Source: the human T2T-CHM13v2.0 reference genome, Homo sapiens. From it: DNA of 64,000 nt. A model generated the notes under the pieces. The model did not search any database, was not told where the DNA came from, and worked only from the letters and a program-made list of their open reading frames with translations. A program made the position numbers and the translations under genes. Positions 12,501 to 27,689 of the stretch are shown here, piece after piece (position 1 is the stretch's first letter; every line of letters begins with the position of its first letter). The stretch lies in assembly GCF_009914755.1 (NCBI RefSeq), contig NC_060941.1, one strand, 5' to 3'.

Positions 12501-13860
12501 AGAGTTGGTGGATATTTTCCAAGGGGGAAAAAAATCTTTTAAATGCCATCTGTTTACTTTAAAAATGTTGATTACTTAAGAAAAACGAATGGATGTCTGG
12601 GCAAAGGTATGGACGTCACAATTATTTTGAAGGCGTCCTTTTTAACTTTAAACAGACCACGCCAGGAGGAGACTGCTGACCCAGAGCGCATTACCTAAAA
12701 TCTGGTACCCAGAGTGCACCCTTCGCCCTCGTTGGAGTTCTCTCCTCTCTGCCAAGCTTTGCTCCGTGCCAGAGGTGTGCTCCATTGTACCTCCGCTCTG
12801 TCCCTGCAGTCAGGCAACCAATTGGAGAAGAGTATAAATAGTAATTAACCAGGGAGAGTTGTAATTCAGAAACCTAGTTAAAACAAGTCCTCAAAAACTA
12901 GAGAATATGAGAGTGGGGAGACATTTTGAAGGCATTAAGAACAAAAAACGATGGGGACGAATGGTTGAGTCTGAGGATCAGCATCGTAATCTGTTAGAGA
13001 ACGAGGTCGTGGCTGTGTCTGTGAGTCGTTAATGGGTTTAATCGGTTGATACACAGCCTGCTAGTGGCCTAACCAGTAACCCAGGGCCTGGCAGATTTGC
13101 ATGACATCTCGGAGTTTGATTGCTCTTCCTTCCACTTGGCAAAAGGAGACACCATCAGCCGGATCAGGAGGGGTCATGGTGAGATGGAACCCACCGAGGT
13201 GGTGTACAGAGCTGGCGCTGCCAATGGCCAGAGTGGCAGCCTTTCTACCTCCTTAACCCTGCAAAAATCAAACGTGCTAGTACGCACTGTCCATCCACAC
13301 TGGAACTCCAGTTGGTTTTAGTCTGCGATGATGACTCTTCTGGGTTGACTTTTCCAGTTCATTATGCAGCCCTCTTGAAGCAGGCCTCCCAAACTTAGCA
13401 GACACCAATGAGAACCTCACAGAGAGGCTCATCAAGCAGGCTGGTGAAACTGGGTGTTACTTCCTGTTCCATGGGTACCCCATAGTGTTTGGGAAACACC
13501 GGGCTGTGGTTCAGGAGAATTTCACATATGCTAAGATGGAGAAAGAACCTGCCCTTTACATTTAGGCTTGGGATGTTAATTTAAAGTTTGAATGACCAAA
13601 AATTAAATCTGTAACTTTTAAAGTTTCTCTTTGTGATTTTACTTAAGTGTTGGTAGATATTCTTAAATTGTAATGACCTCAGTTTGGGAATTAAGTTAGC
13701 CAAATATTGTGTAATTATTGTTTGTTATACAAAAATATGCCTTAGACTGTACAGCGGCAGAAACTCCCTCTACCACCTCGGTCCCCCTTTCCATTCTGCG
13801 TTATACAAAATAAGCTGACACGTTAATGCTGTGGCCCACATTAAACAAAGTATACCGTAC
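11850..13860 (+). ncRNA. Probable single-exon intronic lncRNA (recalled annotation MGC12916); boundaries approximate
   Basis: Starts in the intronic CpG island; ATTAAA at 13840-13845 is followed by a GT-rich tract at 13861-13874. The name and extent come from recall of the locus and cannot be verified here. Confidence 0.4.
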
Positions 13861-13894
13861 GTGTGTGTGTGTGTATGTGGCATAATAAATGGTG

Positions 13895-14110
13895 GTAGCT
13901 AACACTTACCGAATGTTTTCCCTATGTTCCAGGCACTGTTTCAAGTTTTACAGGATTAGCAAATTTAATCCTCATTACAGTTCTGTGAAGTAGGTACTTT
14001 TACAGGTGAGGAAACACAGGCACAGAGAGGTTAAGCAATTTGCCCAAGATCTCACAGCTGGGAAGTACCAAAGCTAATATACCAACCCAGGCAGTCCTGC
14101 TCCAGAGATC
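13895..14110 (-). mobile_element. MIR
   Basis: Core ttttacaggtgaggaaacacaggcacagagaggttaagcaatttgcccaagatctcacagct. Confidence 0.85.
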
Positions 14111-17100
14111 GTTCTGGACCATTCTGGATCACACTTCCTCGCTTAAGTGATTGAAGCAAGATATTTATCATATAGCATGGGTCCAAAACTGAGTTTGCTT
14201 TAGAAGAGTTTGACAGCTTTCTGACATGCCTTTAGTGGTCTCAGCGCAGACTGCAGATTTTGTCATTCACTTGAAAAGAATATCAGCCCCCAAGCAGGAT
14301 AGTTACTACATCTAACATTGGTTAATAACTAGAGTGAGGATAATCACACCACCGTGTCAGTTTCATTTTTCTGCAAAGGACAGTTAGAATCAAGGGAGTC
14401 ACTGACATGGCAAAAAATCCCTCAAGCATCCAGACAGAGAAAACATAGCAAGTGTCCCTCTTGAGGAGATTTATCCTCTGCCATTTGTCCTTTTTAAGGC
14501 TGGGAGGAGGATGTGAGGTTAAATGACACGTTCCAGAACTTCTTGGAATTAATTTATTCATAAAAAGAGTGCCCCCAAATCAAGTTCATAATTAACTTGT
14601 ACTGATTAACCAGCAGACAATTATAGCTAACACTTTTGGCAGATTCATTTAGAATGAACATAGAAAACCCTGTAACTTCAGAAATCTCTCTCTTGAAAGC
14701 TAATAGCTGAAAATAGCTATATTCCCCACATTTTAAATTTAACAAATGCTGAGAAAACAAAATTGCCTCCTATTTTTCTAGTCTACTTCAGAAAACCTGG
14801 TAGCAAAGAATGTTTCTGTCTTCACTGAGGGAAATTTAAGATAAGATCTGGCTGGGGATAATCCATTTTGAAGGAATTACACTCTCTTAGTCCCAGAGTT
14901 TAAACCAAGTATGTAACTCACTTCCAAGATGCTGGGTGAAGATAAAAAAAAAAAATCTACATTTGTATGCAACAATTTGAAATACAAACCATCATGTTAC
15001 AAAGCTCTCAAGATTTATTAGCAAGACAGTGGAGCATGTGTTGAACTCTGTTTTTAATTAGGCACCTAAATTAGACCATAAAATGGTTGATTAATCTTTT
15101 ACAAGTTGAAGGGAAAATATAACATAAATTAACCTAATCATAAGTGTTTTCCCAGATGCTCTGAGTTAATAAAATAGTCAAAATTTAATAGCAACCCATT
15201 TGTTTTAGATAAATATGATGCTAAAATATATGAATTAGATTACACTTATTATCTTCCAAATGATATGTTATCATTGAACAGGTCTCTAAAAATTAGGTTG
15301 CAGTACATGTCTTAAAAATATTTATCAAAATAGAATACTACAATTAGGAATTACATGTTGGCTAAACTAGATTATGTTTTTTAATGGAAACTGATAATTG
15401 AAAATTTACAATTTAGCATAGACTAGTATTTGTGAAAGATATTTTTCCAGCTAGAGTTGTATTGCTTGAAACTTTAAAATGACCTGTCACAGCTTCTGTG
15501 TTTCTAGTTTGATGTTTTAGTCTGAAAAAAAAAAAAACTTTTTAATATTTTGAAAAGTCAATATGTCATATAACGTCATTCCACATATGTATGCTGATTT
15601 ATCTTTTTGTTTATAATATGTTGTAGGAATAAGGTTTTCTGGTTATATGAAATGACTCCTTGAATCACTAAAATTATTTATAATTAAAAGCACACCAGGA
15701 ATTTTTTTAAAAACTCACCAGTCAGCTAGTTTTATGAATCAGGGAGGTGGCATTTATTTCAAGGTTCAGAACTGAAATACGTGACTCAGGCTGCTTGCCG
15801 ACTGGTTTCTATGTCAGTAGTTTTTTGAATACTTTATGTTCTCACTCTATGAACATGGAAATTAAGTTGATTGACAGAAACACAAAATGCCTACTCTAAA
15901 GGCAGGGCATAATGAGCATTTCTTTTGCTGTGAATAGAGTTAGTTTCCAAACAGGGCGCTACCTCTCTCATTTAACAGTCGATGATTTCAGACAGTAAGA
16001 GAAATTTCAATCCTAGGCTGTTGGGATAGTCAGGAATTCCAGCAAAATGAGTCCCCCAAGTATGTGGCATATTTTCAAGTTTAATGAAAACAATATGCTG
16101 CCTACCTCGAATGAAAACATTTACCATGACTGAAAAGAAAGGAGATACTGATATCTTTGAAAACTAATTGTAAGTAGAGCATGAAACTTTTTATATATTT
16201 AAAACATTACCTTGTTGGAACTCTCGGGTTTCTCTCAAACTATGCCAAAACAAAACTAACATCAAATAAAACTGATGTTCGTGCATGCTGATTTTTATTT
16301 CTGATTTTTCTTGTCAAGAGATTTGGGGAAAAGTTTAAGACGTGAGAAGCAATTACCATCTTAATAAAATGATAATAAATAATTTTTATGGCAGCCAAGA
16401 GGCTATGTGTTAAAATACTGCTAATGCTAATAAAACCCACCATTAAGTTTATTTGTACATAGATAAAAGTGGTATTAATTTCCTTTATAAATTCTTTTAA
16501 ATACAAATTTCACGCACATTTCGGTAACTTGAAAAATATTAAAAATATCTTGTTACTGGCTCATTCAGAAAATGTACTTCATTGTGTCATGGATGAAACA
16601 TGTTTAAATAGCAAAGTTGTACTGCACAGGTTTTGCCTCCCAAAGATTGCTGTTTGTAAAAATTATGAGTGCGTATCTTTAGATTTAGAGCTGGTTAAAG
16701 AGTACTGTCCGAGAGGAGTTTATATTTTCCGGACAGTAAAAAAAAGTACACACACTATACATTGTTGGAATAAGATATTTTTGTTCTAAATATGGCAAAT
16801 GTGAAAAAATAAGACTCTGGTTTAACATCAAGTTGATTGTGTTTCAGCCCAGACTCTCTCGCCAAGGGGTCACTATTTTAAACGCCATTGCCCAGAATGT
16901 GAACGATTCCATGTGTGTCCATGAAGCACCTTACACGTAGGATTCAGAATCCCTGTTTTCTCCCAAGTCTTTGCCCCACACTGCTTAATACTGTTACACT
17001 TGCTTAGAAACCCATAAAATGCTGAAAGATGGTTCTGGGCAATGTGAGGTTTGAGAAGCAAATGGAGAGTGAAAAAAACATTGGGAAGAGCAGTGAGAAT

Positions 17101-17129
17101 CCCACTCTTGATTTAATGAATGGAGCTGG

Positions 17130-18110
17130 GGGGAGAGCCGCCCCCCTTTTTCAGGTCTGCGGACGGAAGTGTCCAGCAGGGCCCCAGCTGCCCCCGACGT
17201 TGCCACGTGTCCGCTCCTTTCGGGAGCTAGGGGGGCGTTGGCTTGGACATCCCGTTCTGGAAGGGTGGCCGGGGGCGCTACCACGGGCGGGGAAAATGGC
17301 TCCGAGCCACCCGGCCTCGGGCATCAATCGACGCGGCCCTGGTGTCGCGCGGGATCGCCGCCTCTGGCCCGGGGGCCGCTGAGCCGGAGACAGATGGCGG
17401 AGCTTCCCAGTGCGGGGGCAGGGCTGGCAGCCGAGACTGGGGCCGCCTCCCCCGCCCCTCGGCTGGCCGGGTAGTCCTCCGTGGCCACGTGACCAGCCTC
17501 GCCGTCCGGCCTCACCTGTTGGGCTGAGCCTGGCTGAGCGGCCCGCGCTAGAGGTGGGCGGTGCCGGCGGGACCCGTCTTCGCGCTGATTGGGTGGAGGG
17601 GCTGCGGAGAGACCAATGGTGTTCCGCCTGAGAGGAGAACCCCGCCCAGAGAGGCGGGCTGAGCGGGCGCGCCCCGCCCCCGCCGGTGTTGGCCTGGCTG
17701 TTGGCAGCTCAGCTTCCACTCGGTGCTGCTGATTTGGTCCTGAGCTGCCTTCGCTTTCCAAGTCGAGCCTATCAGCTGTTCTATTGTGCTCTCTTCCTTT
17801 GGTTCCTCTCTCTTTGTCCTGTCTGCACCCTCCTGCACAAATTCTCCTGTTTTCTGGAGCGGAGATGTCTGTTCTCCGAATGTTCGGCTCCCGAGTCCTG
17901 CAGGGAGACCGTCTCGCCTTCTGCAGCCCTGGCTGGCAGGACCCGAGTGGGCCCGAGTGGATTATTTACAGCCGAAGAGGACACTTCGGCTTTTTCGGAC
18001 CTTATTTTGGGTCTGGGAAGCGGGAGGGGTTGCTGGCAAGAAAGTGAATTCAGTTGAGTCAATTTGCAACGAGCACGTTTCGTTTCTCCCTTTTCTCCGC
18101 CCCCGTTTCT
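17130..18110. promoter_or_regulatory. Intronic CpG island with promoter-type motifs
   Basis: ATTGG at 17588 and CCAAT at 17613, GC box at 17671-17680, CACGTG at 17204 and 17486, ETS CGGAAGTG at 17164. Confidence 0.8.
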
Positions 18111-19203
18111 CTTTGGGGGGAAGAAATGGATAATCCTCTTTCCACCCACTTCTATAATGGGTGCCTGTAAGGCGATCCCGCAAATTCAGTGGATAACAGA
18201 AAATACCTTCATTTCCATAATTTGGCCCATTAAATGACAGGACGAAGAGAAAGTGGGAAGGACTGGGATGGAGAGGAGGAAGAGGAAAAGGCCAGTATCT
18301 CACAAGCTCCTTCCGATCCCTGAATCTCACCTGGACTCAGACCGAGTGGCACGCCCCCTCCCCAGCACCTTCCGCGCTGTTCACACACGCCAGGCTCGTC
18401 CTCCTAACCCTAAGTCCTGTGCACAGAGCCCTGTAGCCGCCCCTACCCAGAGCAGGCACTGACAAGCCCACCCATTTCTAGTGCTGCCCAAGGTGGACTC
18501 AGCCCACAAAGGCCCCAGCCCCAGCCTTTGCGGATAGGTTTCCTCCGTGGTGCCAACAACTCTTGTGGATTTGAAAGAGGCAACCTTTTTCCTCGCGTTT
18601 CTAAAGGCCTATGAAAAGGGCACGTCGGGAAGTGCACATAAGACGTTGAACATCGTTGCATGAGATGTTGAAGAAGTACAAGATTTCGTTCTTCCTTCCA
18701 TTAAAGTACAATCTCCCTGGGGAGAGACACACAAAGTACACAATTAGAGACCAGTAATTCTCTTCCAGATCGCTCCCGGTGCCTTTTCCTAGCTAAGCAG
18801 CCTCTCCCTGCCGGTCCTGGCCTTGTGTACCGGAAACTCTCTTGGCTGGATCCAGCCCTTCCTCCTGATGTGCTGTCGGGCTTGTCCCTGGTGCCCTCTT
18901 CTCTGATTGTTCCAGTCTGCCTCCGGGCACTTAGCATATGCTAGTGCTGCCAGTTGACACAGATACACAAAGCAGTAAACATCCTGTTCCCACCGAAGAT
19001 CCCCAAGTGTGTGGGTGGATGGGTGTGGGAAGGGATGAGGTAAAGAGAGAAAGGCAGTGAAGTGATCATTACCTTATCACTGATTTAAAATACTTATTAA
19101 TGGAGGAAGCCAAAGGTGACCATTTAAAATCCTTTTCTATAGTCAATGAATAATACATTCGTATAAATCATGTTTACTTACTTTTTCATTCATCTAACAA
19201 GGA

Positions 19204-19490
19204 TTTTTTTTTTTTTAAGACAGGGTCTTGCTCTGTCACCTAGGCTGGAGTGCAGTGGCACAACCTCTACCTCCTGGGCTCAAGCGATCCTCCCACCTCA
19301 GTCTCCCGTGTAGCAGGGACTACAGGTGCACACCACCATGCCTGGCTAATTAAAAAAAAAAAAAAAAACTGTAGAGATGAGATCTCACTATGTTAACCCA
19401 GGCTGGTCTCAAACTCCTGGGCTCAAGCAGGTCGTCCTCCTCAACCTCCCAAAGTGCTGGAATTACAGGTGTGAGCCACCACGCCAGACC
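19204..19490 (-). mobile_element. Alu (AluJ-like)
   Basis: Antisense dimer with gggctcaagcgatcctcccacctcag. Confidence 0.92.
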
Positions 19491-19497
19491 CAGACCG

Positions 19498-19788
19498 TAT
19501 TTTTAGAGCCGTTTTAGGTTCACAGCAAAATTTAATAAAGTACACAGATTTCCCAAATACCCATCAGTCCTACACATGCACAGTCTGCCACTATCACCAT
19601 CCTCTACCAGACTGGCACATTTGTTACAACTGATGAACCTGTGTTGACACGCTATCACTCAGGGTCCGCAGGTTTACATTAGGGCTCACTGTTGGTGATG
19701 GACATTGTTTAGGGTTGGACAAACGGGTAATGACCTGTATCCCACATTATAGTATCATTCAGGGTAGTTTTACCACCTCAAAAATCCC
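19498..19788 (-). mobile_element. L1MC-like 3' end fragment
   Basis: ttttaggttcacagcaaaatt...catttgttacaactgatgaacct...tttacattagggctcact; same family as 42447-42970. Confidence 0.75.
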
Positions 19789-19924
19789 GTCGGTGCACTT
19801 GCTCTTATCAAGTACAAGGCAGCACTTAAAACACTGAGGAAGTACAGGAGCCATGAACTTGTCCCTGAGAGGCCTGTTTTAGTTGGTGGCTTGTATGCAT
19901 ACCTGTAATCCCAGGTATGCATCA

Positions 19925-19978
19925 ACTTGTATGCATCGTTTCTCTGCAGGGCCTCCTCTTCCTTGAAGCACCACTTAA
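19925..19978 (+). repeat. 54-bp direct copy of 21564-21617 (50/54 identical)
   Basis: Direct alignment. Confidence 0.93.
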
Positions 19979-20929
19979 AACAGGCTCGAGGAGATCTGTA
20001 GGCAATTTAAGCCTGATGTTTTTACTTTTATTTTTGAAATCATTAGTCCTACTAAATTACTAGTAAATCTGAAAACCATTTAAGGAGGAAGCAGAAGCAT
20101 GAGATAAGATAGTACAAATTTAAAATGTGATTTTTGCATTTTACTTTTCCAGGAGCTTTCCAAAGAGAGCTAAGGAAGTAAGAAGGGGCCAGAAAGTCAG
20201 CAACTGTGTGATTAAAAAAAAAAATGTCTTAGCCTCCGTATGCAAGAACTTGCTGTGTGCAGGCGAGTGGGCCAGGCGCTTACTTAATCTTAACAGCGAT
20301 GCTTCCTGTGTGATTTCCCTTATTTTCCAAGGGAGGAAACGGAAACTCACAGAGATTGCCTAAGGTCATACAGCTGTATCTGTAGGTGGCTCTACCTCTT
20401 GGACCTAAGGAAGAAGGGAACGACTCCCTGAGGGCCCTTCAAACTCCATAACTTGGAGGCTGTCTACCTGCCTGAAATTCAATGCCGTGTTCCTTCTGGA
20501 CCAGTTTTAAGCCATCTCTTCTGTTGTTTCTTTCCTCCCAAAGATGTAGACTTTTCCACTTAAAAGCATTTCCAAGATTCTATTTTTTCATCCTTTTTTC
20601 TGTCCCTATTCTCTTTCACTCCCCACACTTGTTCCTAGCCTGTCTCTGTTGCTCTGATGTCCATGTTGATGGTGGCGGTCTTCAACCATGCCATCCGTGT
20701 GCCAACCCAGCACTTTCCTGCCATCCCTGTAGCCCTTGCCCCAACATCTGTGCATTTGACTCCCCTTCTCTGACCGAGGCCTGCTCCCATCCCCTCCTCT
20801 ACCAACTCATCCCTTCTCTCCCACCTGCCCTTTGTGCTGCCCCCCACAACCACACCACTCAGGGTCTCAGCTCTTGGGATCACATTGACACACCCCCACA
20901 TTTTACACTCTGTGGCCCATTGCTTCTGA

Positions 20930-21438
<509 letters not shown>

Positions 21439-21746
21439 AAAAATGTCTTATATAAAGCTGATCTGGCCCACCCCAACTTTATGCGCTCCACTGAGAACTT
21501 GGCCCTTACTTACTCTGCAGCTGCTAGCCCTGCTAGTCACCACCCCTTACCTGTGCCAAGATGACTTGTATGCATTGTTTCTCTGCAGGACCTCCTCTTG
21601 CTCGAAGCACCACTTAATTTAGCTCTTCCTACACAAAAGGAGAAACCTCAGAGAGATGGCAGCCTGTATATGAACACCACTCTCTTAACCACTTCTCGAC
21701 ATGGCTTTATTTTATACCTTCCCCAAGACTTCCCTCCGTCATTTCT

Positions 21747-22730
<984 letters not shown>

Positions 22731-23680
22731 ATGGGGTTTTAAAACATGCACATTTACTGCCTATGTTGACAGGTTGGGAGGTTTCACATACAAATCCAGA
22801 TTTCCTGCTGCTTTTATAAAGGATCAGACAGTACCATGCCTGTCTTTCTTATGGCAACAAATGGCTGGACCTGGTGAGCCCCTGGGCTTGTGAATGGGGG
22901 AATCGTCTCTCCTTCCGACATTCTGCCCTCCCTGCCCCTTCCTGTCTCACACTGGGCAGCTTCTCTCATTTGTTACCAGAGTGGGGAGCTTCAAACAGTT
23001 TTCCCACTTTTTTCAGGTATGTACGTTTCACGATTAAATTTCCCCAATCCAGTTCATCACGGGCATTCTTGTTAGAGTTGGGCAGGAGCTTTTATCTATT
23101 TGACTTTTTCATTTTACACTTTTGTAGGGATCCCAAGAGAGGCTGTGTGGAGGTCTGCTTAGCTGGCTGCCAATTAAAATCAGAAATCACCTTGATGAAA
23201 TCATTTTCAGTGACATGCTTCTCCTATTTTTTACTTTTTTAGTTCCCTAACTGGCTTTTCTTTGATCGGATTCCCCAGTTGGCAAATCTTAGGGTCAGCC
23301 TTTTGCTGTGGATAGTCAGGTCACTCAGTCATTCTGGTGTCAGCAGAATACCCAATGTGTACCATAGAAATTGGACCCAGCAGTGTTTCCTAAACCAGTT
23401 CTCAGCCAACTCTCCTGTAGGACCACGTTTTCCCCCAATGCACTGTGGCTCAATATGTTGTCCTATTGCATGTGATGAGCACACAGAGCATGCCGTGTGC
23501 CTCCTGCCATACAATTAGCAACACGCACACTGGCTAGTGAGTTTACTGATCATGGCCTTGGATGCTGTCGCAATGTCAAATTACTTATAATAGTTTTAAG
23601 TGCTTCCTCTCAGGTTTTGCATGTATCTCCTCCAGGACAGTTTGTGGGGAGTCCTGCAGACCACACTTTGAGATGCGCTA

Positions 23681-24006
<326 letters not shown>

Positions 24007-27000
24007 TTAATAGGTAGAGGGTAGAAAAAAAGAGTTCCATGTTAGCATATTAGAGGCCCTGAGAAATACTGTAGCTAAAAACAAAACAAAACAAATTTAT
24101 AAATTAAAGTAAATAAATGTTTGTTTCACCTAGCATTTCCCCCATGAGTACAGAACCCTCCTTTCATTCATACCTTCCAGCATCCTGAGGCATTGTGTCT
24201 ATCCAGATGCCAGCTTGGGCCATATTCGCCAAACATGTTTCTGAGGTTTCTTGCAGTTCTAAGAGTCTGACACTAATCCTGTGCTCCCGCTCTCTCTCCA
24301 TCCACCTTTACCCCTTGGAGCAGGCTTCCCGTTCCTATAGCTTGAGTTATTCCTCTCCCACACATCTCCCACTGTGATGTCATCTCAAACCTAATATGTC
24401 TGCACCCTCCCCCTGGCCCCAGATGATTGCTGCAAAAAGAATAAAGAGCAAGAAGTGGAGTTGCAGTGAATCAAGGACCCTGGATAAAAAGTGGCTGAGG
24501 CTGAGGCCGAGGCCGGGGGAACAGACTTGCTGATTAGGATTTCAAGTCGGGTCTTGCTTTGCCTCCACTTGCTGTTATTCTGTAAGCAGGCTAATTGCAG
24601 GTTCAGCTTTCCTCCAAGCAGCTTATGTCTGTTTTCAAAGGTAAGTGTTCTGTGTCGGTGGTGTTTATGGAGCAAGATGTTTGATGGTGTTGGAAAAGGT
24701 GAAGCTTTTTTCCACCCTGCCTGGCCCTGTGTGGCGCTTGTGGTCTGAGTATGTTTTATGCTAGCACCGAGATGATTGCTCAACCTGGTTGTAATGTTGA
24801 GGTCTTCACTAAATAACGTGAGTGCCACATGTAAACATTGGCAGCCTTGAGCTGCAAACGAAGCCAATAACTTTTTAAAAAAATGCATTTTCCCCCTTTT
24901 GTGTGGCCAAGGGGAACACTGAAAAGTGTCCTGCAGTTCACACAGCACCGGAAACAAAGGAAACTTTCAGATTAGGTGTCACTGGGGAAGGAGGCTAGTG
25001 AAGCCTTTTAACAGAGAGAGATGGGGATTGATTTACCTGTTTGTATAAAACTAAAGTTACAGGAGTATCTGGATTTCTCCTGCAAGCACTCTAAGCTTGC
25101 CATAGTTATCTTATTATCTCCTGATACACTTACCGTAGGTTCTTCGTACTTGGGGAAATTCTAACATCTGCATGGATCGCCTGCTCACCTCTACCTGAGC
25201 CCTTGCTCAGGAGGAGGCGTTTGGCAAGGACATTTCACATGGTTTGTGGGTGAATAGTTTCACACCAGAGTGGGATCCTCTATTGCATGTACTCGACTAG
25301 CTTTTCATTCTTATCACACTTCCCTTCCTATAAAGTTACGTATCTTTTAAAGGGAAATTTAATACCCACCTTCGCTTTCTGTGCGGCCTTGTGAAAATCA
25401 GGCAATAACAAGGACAGCCTTATTGCCAGTGTATGACCAGAGCATCTAGATGGCACTACTAGTGGAATGTCATCTTGTCTACCATTCATTCATTCATTCA
25501 TGATTTTCTCTACCAGACAGTTTTGGAACTCCTAGAATGGGTCAGGTGGTAGGCAGGCATTGGGAAAACAAGGTTTTAAGCCATTGTCCAAATCCTCAAA
25601 GAACTCACCATTTTGGTCGAGGGGCCATGGTGAGAGGTGTATAGAACAAAGTAAGAAATGCTGTAGGAGCAGAGAGAGAGAAAGAGGCCCAGAGAAAAAG
25701 ACACCATCCAGCTGGGCACTGAAGCACGGATAGGAGCTTGCTGGCTGGTTGTCCTGGAAACTGATCAGAATATTCAGGGCTGGGAAGCTCTGTGTGAAAA
25801 AGGCCCAGAGAAGCACAGAAGAGCACTGCAGCTTGGGCAAAACGGTGAAACAGTGAGGGTGCCTGGGATTGGGGGAGAGAGGAGCCAGGAGGCTGGCTCA
25901 GAGGTGGAGAGGCTGGAATGGCACATTAAAGAGAGGGCTTTTATCCTACAGACAAGGGAGTTTTTCAGGCCAGCAGAGCTCCTATACCAGAGACATTCAC
26001 AAGCTTTATATGAGTTGTGAATTCAAATTCTTTTCATGTATTTTCAGGGAAAATTTAAAAATTTGTGATTTCAAGACAGAGAAAGCAGAAAACACATAGA
26101 TGGTTTTCTAAGATGAACCACATTTAGCCCTGCTGGGTGATTCGAGTAAGGCTCCCAAAGGAACAAGCAGCAGTTCCCGATGGTGTTTGCAAATATGGCT
26201 GGGACATGCTTCCTCATCCCCACTCATTGCCCCTGCGGAATCCACACACCCCCTCCCTGCTGCCTCCTTGGGTAGCTTGGATGACTGTCCTAAGCACCTT
26301 CGTTCTGTGGTTTGAAGTACTGAGGGAAAGAGAGCCATTCTTCTCCAACTCCCCGCTCGGCTCCCCAGGCCAGCTTCTCCAGCCCGATGGTGTGGAGAGG
26401 CAGGTGGTCTGCAGGCTGGGCCCTGCCACCTCTCCTCTCCCTTCACCAGTCCTGCTGAGAGAGGATCCCTGTCATTCTTCCGGGAGAGGCATGTCAGCAG
26501 GCGCAGTGGGAGAGGGGATGAGGGAATTGCCACGTGTCCACGGCTCTCTGGCTCAACCAGGCAGGGTTGGGGCAAACCTTCGCCCTCTGTCTCAGAATTG
26601 CAAGCAGTCTAAAGAAGCCATGCTTGGCTCCTGCTTGCCGGTACTCCCAGTGTGATTTAGTCCTGGGCCCATCACTCACTGTGGAGGAACTCAGCTAAGT
26701 TTGGGAAACTTCCATGTTAGCATATAAAAGTAACTGCAGTTATTGATAAGGTCTAGCTCAGAATTGGGTTGCCCTGATCAGATCCTGTTTCTGTTTAGAG
26801 GAGACAGAGAAGAGAGGCTGAGAGGTAGACTCAAGAGGGCACAGCCAGGAGGCAGCTGGTTAGGGGGCTGCCACTGTGGCTGGGTGGCTCCCTGCCCTGA
26901 CTGTGTCTCCTTCCCATCTGTCTCCTCCAAGGGAATGTTCAGTCTTTCACTGTTATTTTTGGGATGGTGTTTTCTTCCAGTCCCAGCTGGAAACAGAAGT

Positions 27001-27689
27001 ACAGAACAAGCCCATGACTATTTTGTGTTCTGCAAAAAGAGCATTTGCCAGGCAGCAGATGTACTGGCTTCCTCAAGACTGAAGCTTTCGTTGGTTTTGA
27101 GGACTTTGATGGAAGCCACCTCATTTTACCCAGATGGTGTCTTTTGGGGATGTGGGTTTGGGGGATGGGAAGTGCAAAAGCACATCAGTGAGGGCTGTGA
27201 GTTGTTTGTGGTTGATCAGCCTCCAGATGTGGCAGATGGATGGATCGTAAGTCCCAGAAGCTCAGGTGCGGAGAGAGGCACTAGCAGACAGCAGCGGTCT
27301 GGGCTGCAGGTAAAGGTGCCTCCTAAGTGATTGCAAGCTCAAGTATAGTGGTGGACTTAGATTCTGTCTCACACATTCCCTCCGTAAACAGTTTTCTAGC
27401 AGCTTGTCAATTACATTCTGGTTTGGATTTGGTGCTGTTTTGTCTCCATTATAAAATCCTTTGGCTTCTCTTTACTCAATAAGAGTGTATTGAGAGGACA
27501 GGCACCGTGTACCCTCCTCCCAGAGGAAATTGTCATTAGGGCAGTCCCTGAGGATTGATTATATCCATTTGGAAGCCAACAGTGGACACAGGGAAGAGGG
27601 GGAGGAATCAGGTTGATTCCAGCTAGTTCTTGGTTTCTCTGTATCTGAATGTCCACTGATTTTCGTTTCGTTTCTTAGAATTTAAGTAC

